A stretch of 49,443 nucleotides of DNA from Craspedostauros australis (Eukaryota), in the NCBI GenBank assembly GCA_030167865.1, contig JALAGF010004397.1, positions 1-49,443 of the forward strand, written 5' to 3'. The translations under genes and the position numbers were made by a program. Positions 47,211 through 49,443 of this stretch are shown here, piece by piece; positions within the stretch are counted from its first letter, which is position 1, and every line of letters begins with the position of its first letter. A model generated the notes under the pieces. The model was not told the DNA's origin and did no database searches. It saw only the letters and a list, made by a program, of their open reading frames with translations.

Positions 47211-47489
47211 GTTTAGTTGGGAAGTACCTCGAGATTCTCTTGGTACCATACATTTCTCTTGATGGATGGACGGACGATATTTCCAATTCTCTCAGAAATC
47301 GTCGATTGCAAATTTCCTCCAGAAATTCTGCTCATTTTTGTGTGTTCCATTTCTGCTGTAATTCTGACGAATCACAGCATACTATTGACACGAATGTAGT
47401 TATACCGTCCAAGTGCGTATGAGGGAATAACGGGTGAACGATGCACATATACACGTACATCTCGACATATGCTCACATGTACATCTCGA

Positions 47490-49443
47490 CACAAGGAGGG
47501 AAGGCGTACGTTGACGACTTCCAAGACAGTGCTTCAAAGAGCAATGATGCCAGGTTTGCAAGCACCAGCAACTTCAAGGGAACATGCCATAACTGTGGAG
47601 TGTATTGGCATCGATCTGCAGATTGTCCTGAACGGAAGAAAACGAATCACAAGAAGAATGGTAACAATAGCAACATCAAAAAGAACGGAAACCGAAACAA
47701 CAAAGGCACAGGAAATGGATTCAATAGGAAATGCAACTACTGCGGCATCTTTGGGCATTGTGAGGCGGAGTGCCAAAAGAAGAAGTTCAATGAGAAGAAG
47801 AAGGCTGACGAGCAGACCAACACAGCGAAGGAAAGACACGACAAGAGCGGCCACGAGATGGTGCTCTCAGCAAGAGACACGCCGCTCTGCATGGAGGTGT
47901 CCGACGACATCGAGGACTCATTCTTTGACAACTTCCAACACTTCAAGAACGACGACGAAGTATGCGACGGCGAGGTCATACCAGAATGGCTCAGCGAGGA
48001 GCCAATCATCCACGAGGTGTATTGGAACGTGGTGTGTATCGATGATGTGTTCTGTTCTACTTTTGGGGATTATGAGCCTAACGCTCCTACTTGTGTTTGT
48101 TCCTGCTGCTGTTGTTGTCACGACCACTGCCGTGTGTTTGTTTTGTTGTTCTCGTTCTTGTCGTCACCGTCGTTCCTTGCTGTCGTTCCATTCGACTCAT
48201 TTGACTTCATTCCCGTCGCCTACGCTCCAATAAGGTGGACCCACGCCGTGAAGTCAGCTACGAGTGCTGCTTCAACGTGAACGACATCATTCATCCACCC
48301 AGCGACGGAGCCGAGATGGGAACAGAGGCCATTGATATCAAGATCGAAGCAGCCACGAACGCAGACGATGCCGGCGCCAACAAGAACGGCGCGGATCGTG
48401 ACAACGAAGACGTCTCCGGCGACGAGACGAACAGCGGCGAGGCGCCGCCTCCTCCAGCAGCGGGGAACAATAGAACAGGCATCGTTGACAAAGACAGCAG
48501 CAACAAATCGGTAGAGGAAGACCGGTTCAATCCAAACAAACAGGTCATCTACCCAATGGACATCCAATTCCCACCAGTTGCAGATCCCAGAAGATCGGAC
48601 GACATCTATTGACATGACACAATCCCATACCCAACAGTGACAGCAGAGACAGTGCAATGACAACTCATCCATGATGCAGTGATGGCAGCAGGGATGCATC
48701 TATTCCCAGGGATCGCCAATGGAGGATTACTACACGTATGGACAAGCATGATGGGCACCATACTGTCCGAGAACTTCAAATCAATCGAGGAGATCCTCGC
48801 CAACTCAGTCATCATCAACCGTTTGTTGGAAGGAGTGAATGAGGAGCCCATTCCAGAGACGGAGTTGCACTACATTCTTGGAGGGTGCGTGCAGGTGCTC
48901 CTGCGCGAGCGACCACAAGTCACACCCTACAATCTGGTGACAGGAACCCACCAAGAAGACACATGGCCAGCAGCGGTCACAGAGCCAAACTACTATGGCA
49001 TGGATGATGAAGACGGGAATCCCTACAACGAAGATGGAGTCCATGAAGACGACATGGCAGCGGCTGCCATGAAACAGCTCCATGAGCTGAGCACCAAGTA
49101 CAAGGACAAGGTCATCAAGGACACCTGGCTTGCTGACAGCGGAGCTTTGTGTCACATCGTGAATTCAGACGCTGCCCTCTTCAACATGCAGCACAACAAG
49201 TCCTTCATACAAGTGGGAGACAGCACAAAGCTGGACTCTCCCAAGATTGGGTCCATTTGCTTGAAGGTCAAGCAATGAGACAACACATGCCACATCATCC
49301 GACTTGACGATGTGAAGTACACACCCAAGATGTGGGTGAACCATTTCTCTACGAACAAGGCGCTGTACAACGGCTACCAGATTGGTAACGACGCCATTGT
49401 GATGGACATCATCAATGGATCCAGAAAGAAGATCATCTTCAAT
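47490..49443 (+). mobile_element. Degenerate Ty1/copia LTR retrotransposon (gag C-terminus plus protease region), 5'-truncated, continuing past the window end
   Basis: Two CX2CX4HX4C zinc knuckles (CHNCGVYWHRSADC 47585-47626; CNYCGIFGHCEAEC 47732-47773). Copia protease motif WLADSGALCHIV (from 49126), followed by IQVGDS...IGSICL...LDDVKYTPKMWVNHFS. In-frame TGA stops at 48610, 48658 and 49276. Confidence 0.88.
48032..48237 (+). other. ~200-bp insert in the copia polyprotein: candidate intron (48032-48234, GT...AG) or solo-LTR/small TE with GGTG direct repeats
   Basis: Abrupt switch to T-rich non-coding composition. GGTG at 48031-48034 and 48234-48237. Deleting 203 nt gives ...TGG AAC GTG GTG GAC CCA..., joining the zinc-knuckle frame to the frame carrying the protease motif. 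Confidence 0.7.

Noticed and set aside
48065-48085. GGATTATGAGCC resembling a half-tRNA-Met primer-binding site (GGTTATGAGCCC)
   Set aside because: Imperfect match, located inside the insert and not directly after an identifiable LTR.

Overview
Eukaryotic nuclear DNA, most likely from a diatom. The evidence is GT-AG introns, a bipartite plastid-targeting presequence on SQD2, an HSF, a DUF6824-type protein and diatom-style RVxF proteins. About 12 plausible protein-coding genes are separated by long, microsatellite-rich intergenic stretches. Confident calls: a 3-exon heat-shock transcription factor, a 2-exon sulfolipid synthase SQD2, a cytochrome b5-domain protein head-to-head with a stand-alone tail-anchored flavodoxin-like protein, and a TFIP11/Ntr1 spliceosome-disassembly factor. 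The right end holds a decayed Ty1/copia retrotransposon and the left end a CpG-depleted probable TE relic. The most unusual sequence-level observations are: (1) a 203-nt GT-AG-bounded, direct-repeat-flanked insert between copia gag and protease whose removal exactly restores the polyprotein frame; (2) a 77-residue spacer splitting the TFIP11 G-patch; (3) the divergent cytochrome b5/flavodoxin pair; (4) an 86-bp nested palindromic repeat at about 1.43-1.52 kb. None of these is demonstrated to be a new biological system. All family assignments come from motif recognition by eye, with no database searches.
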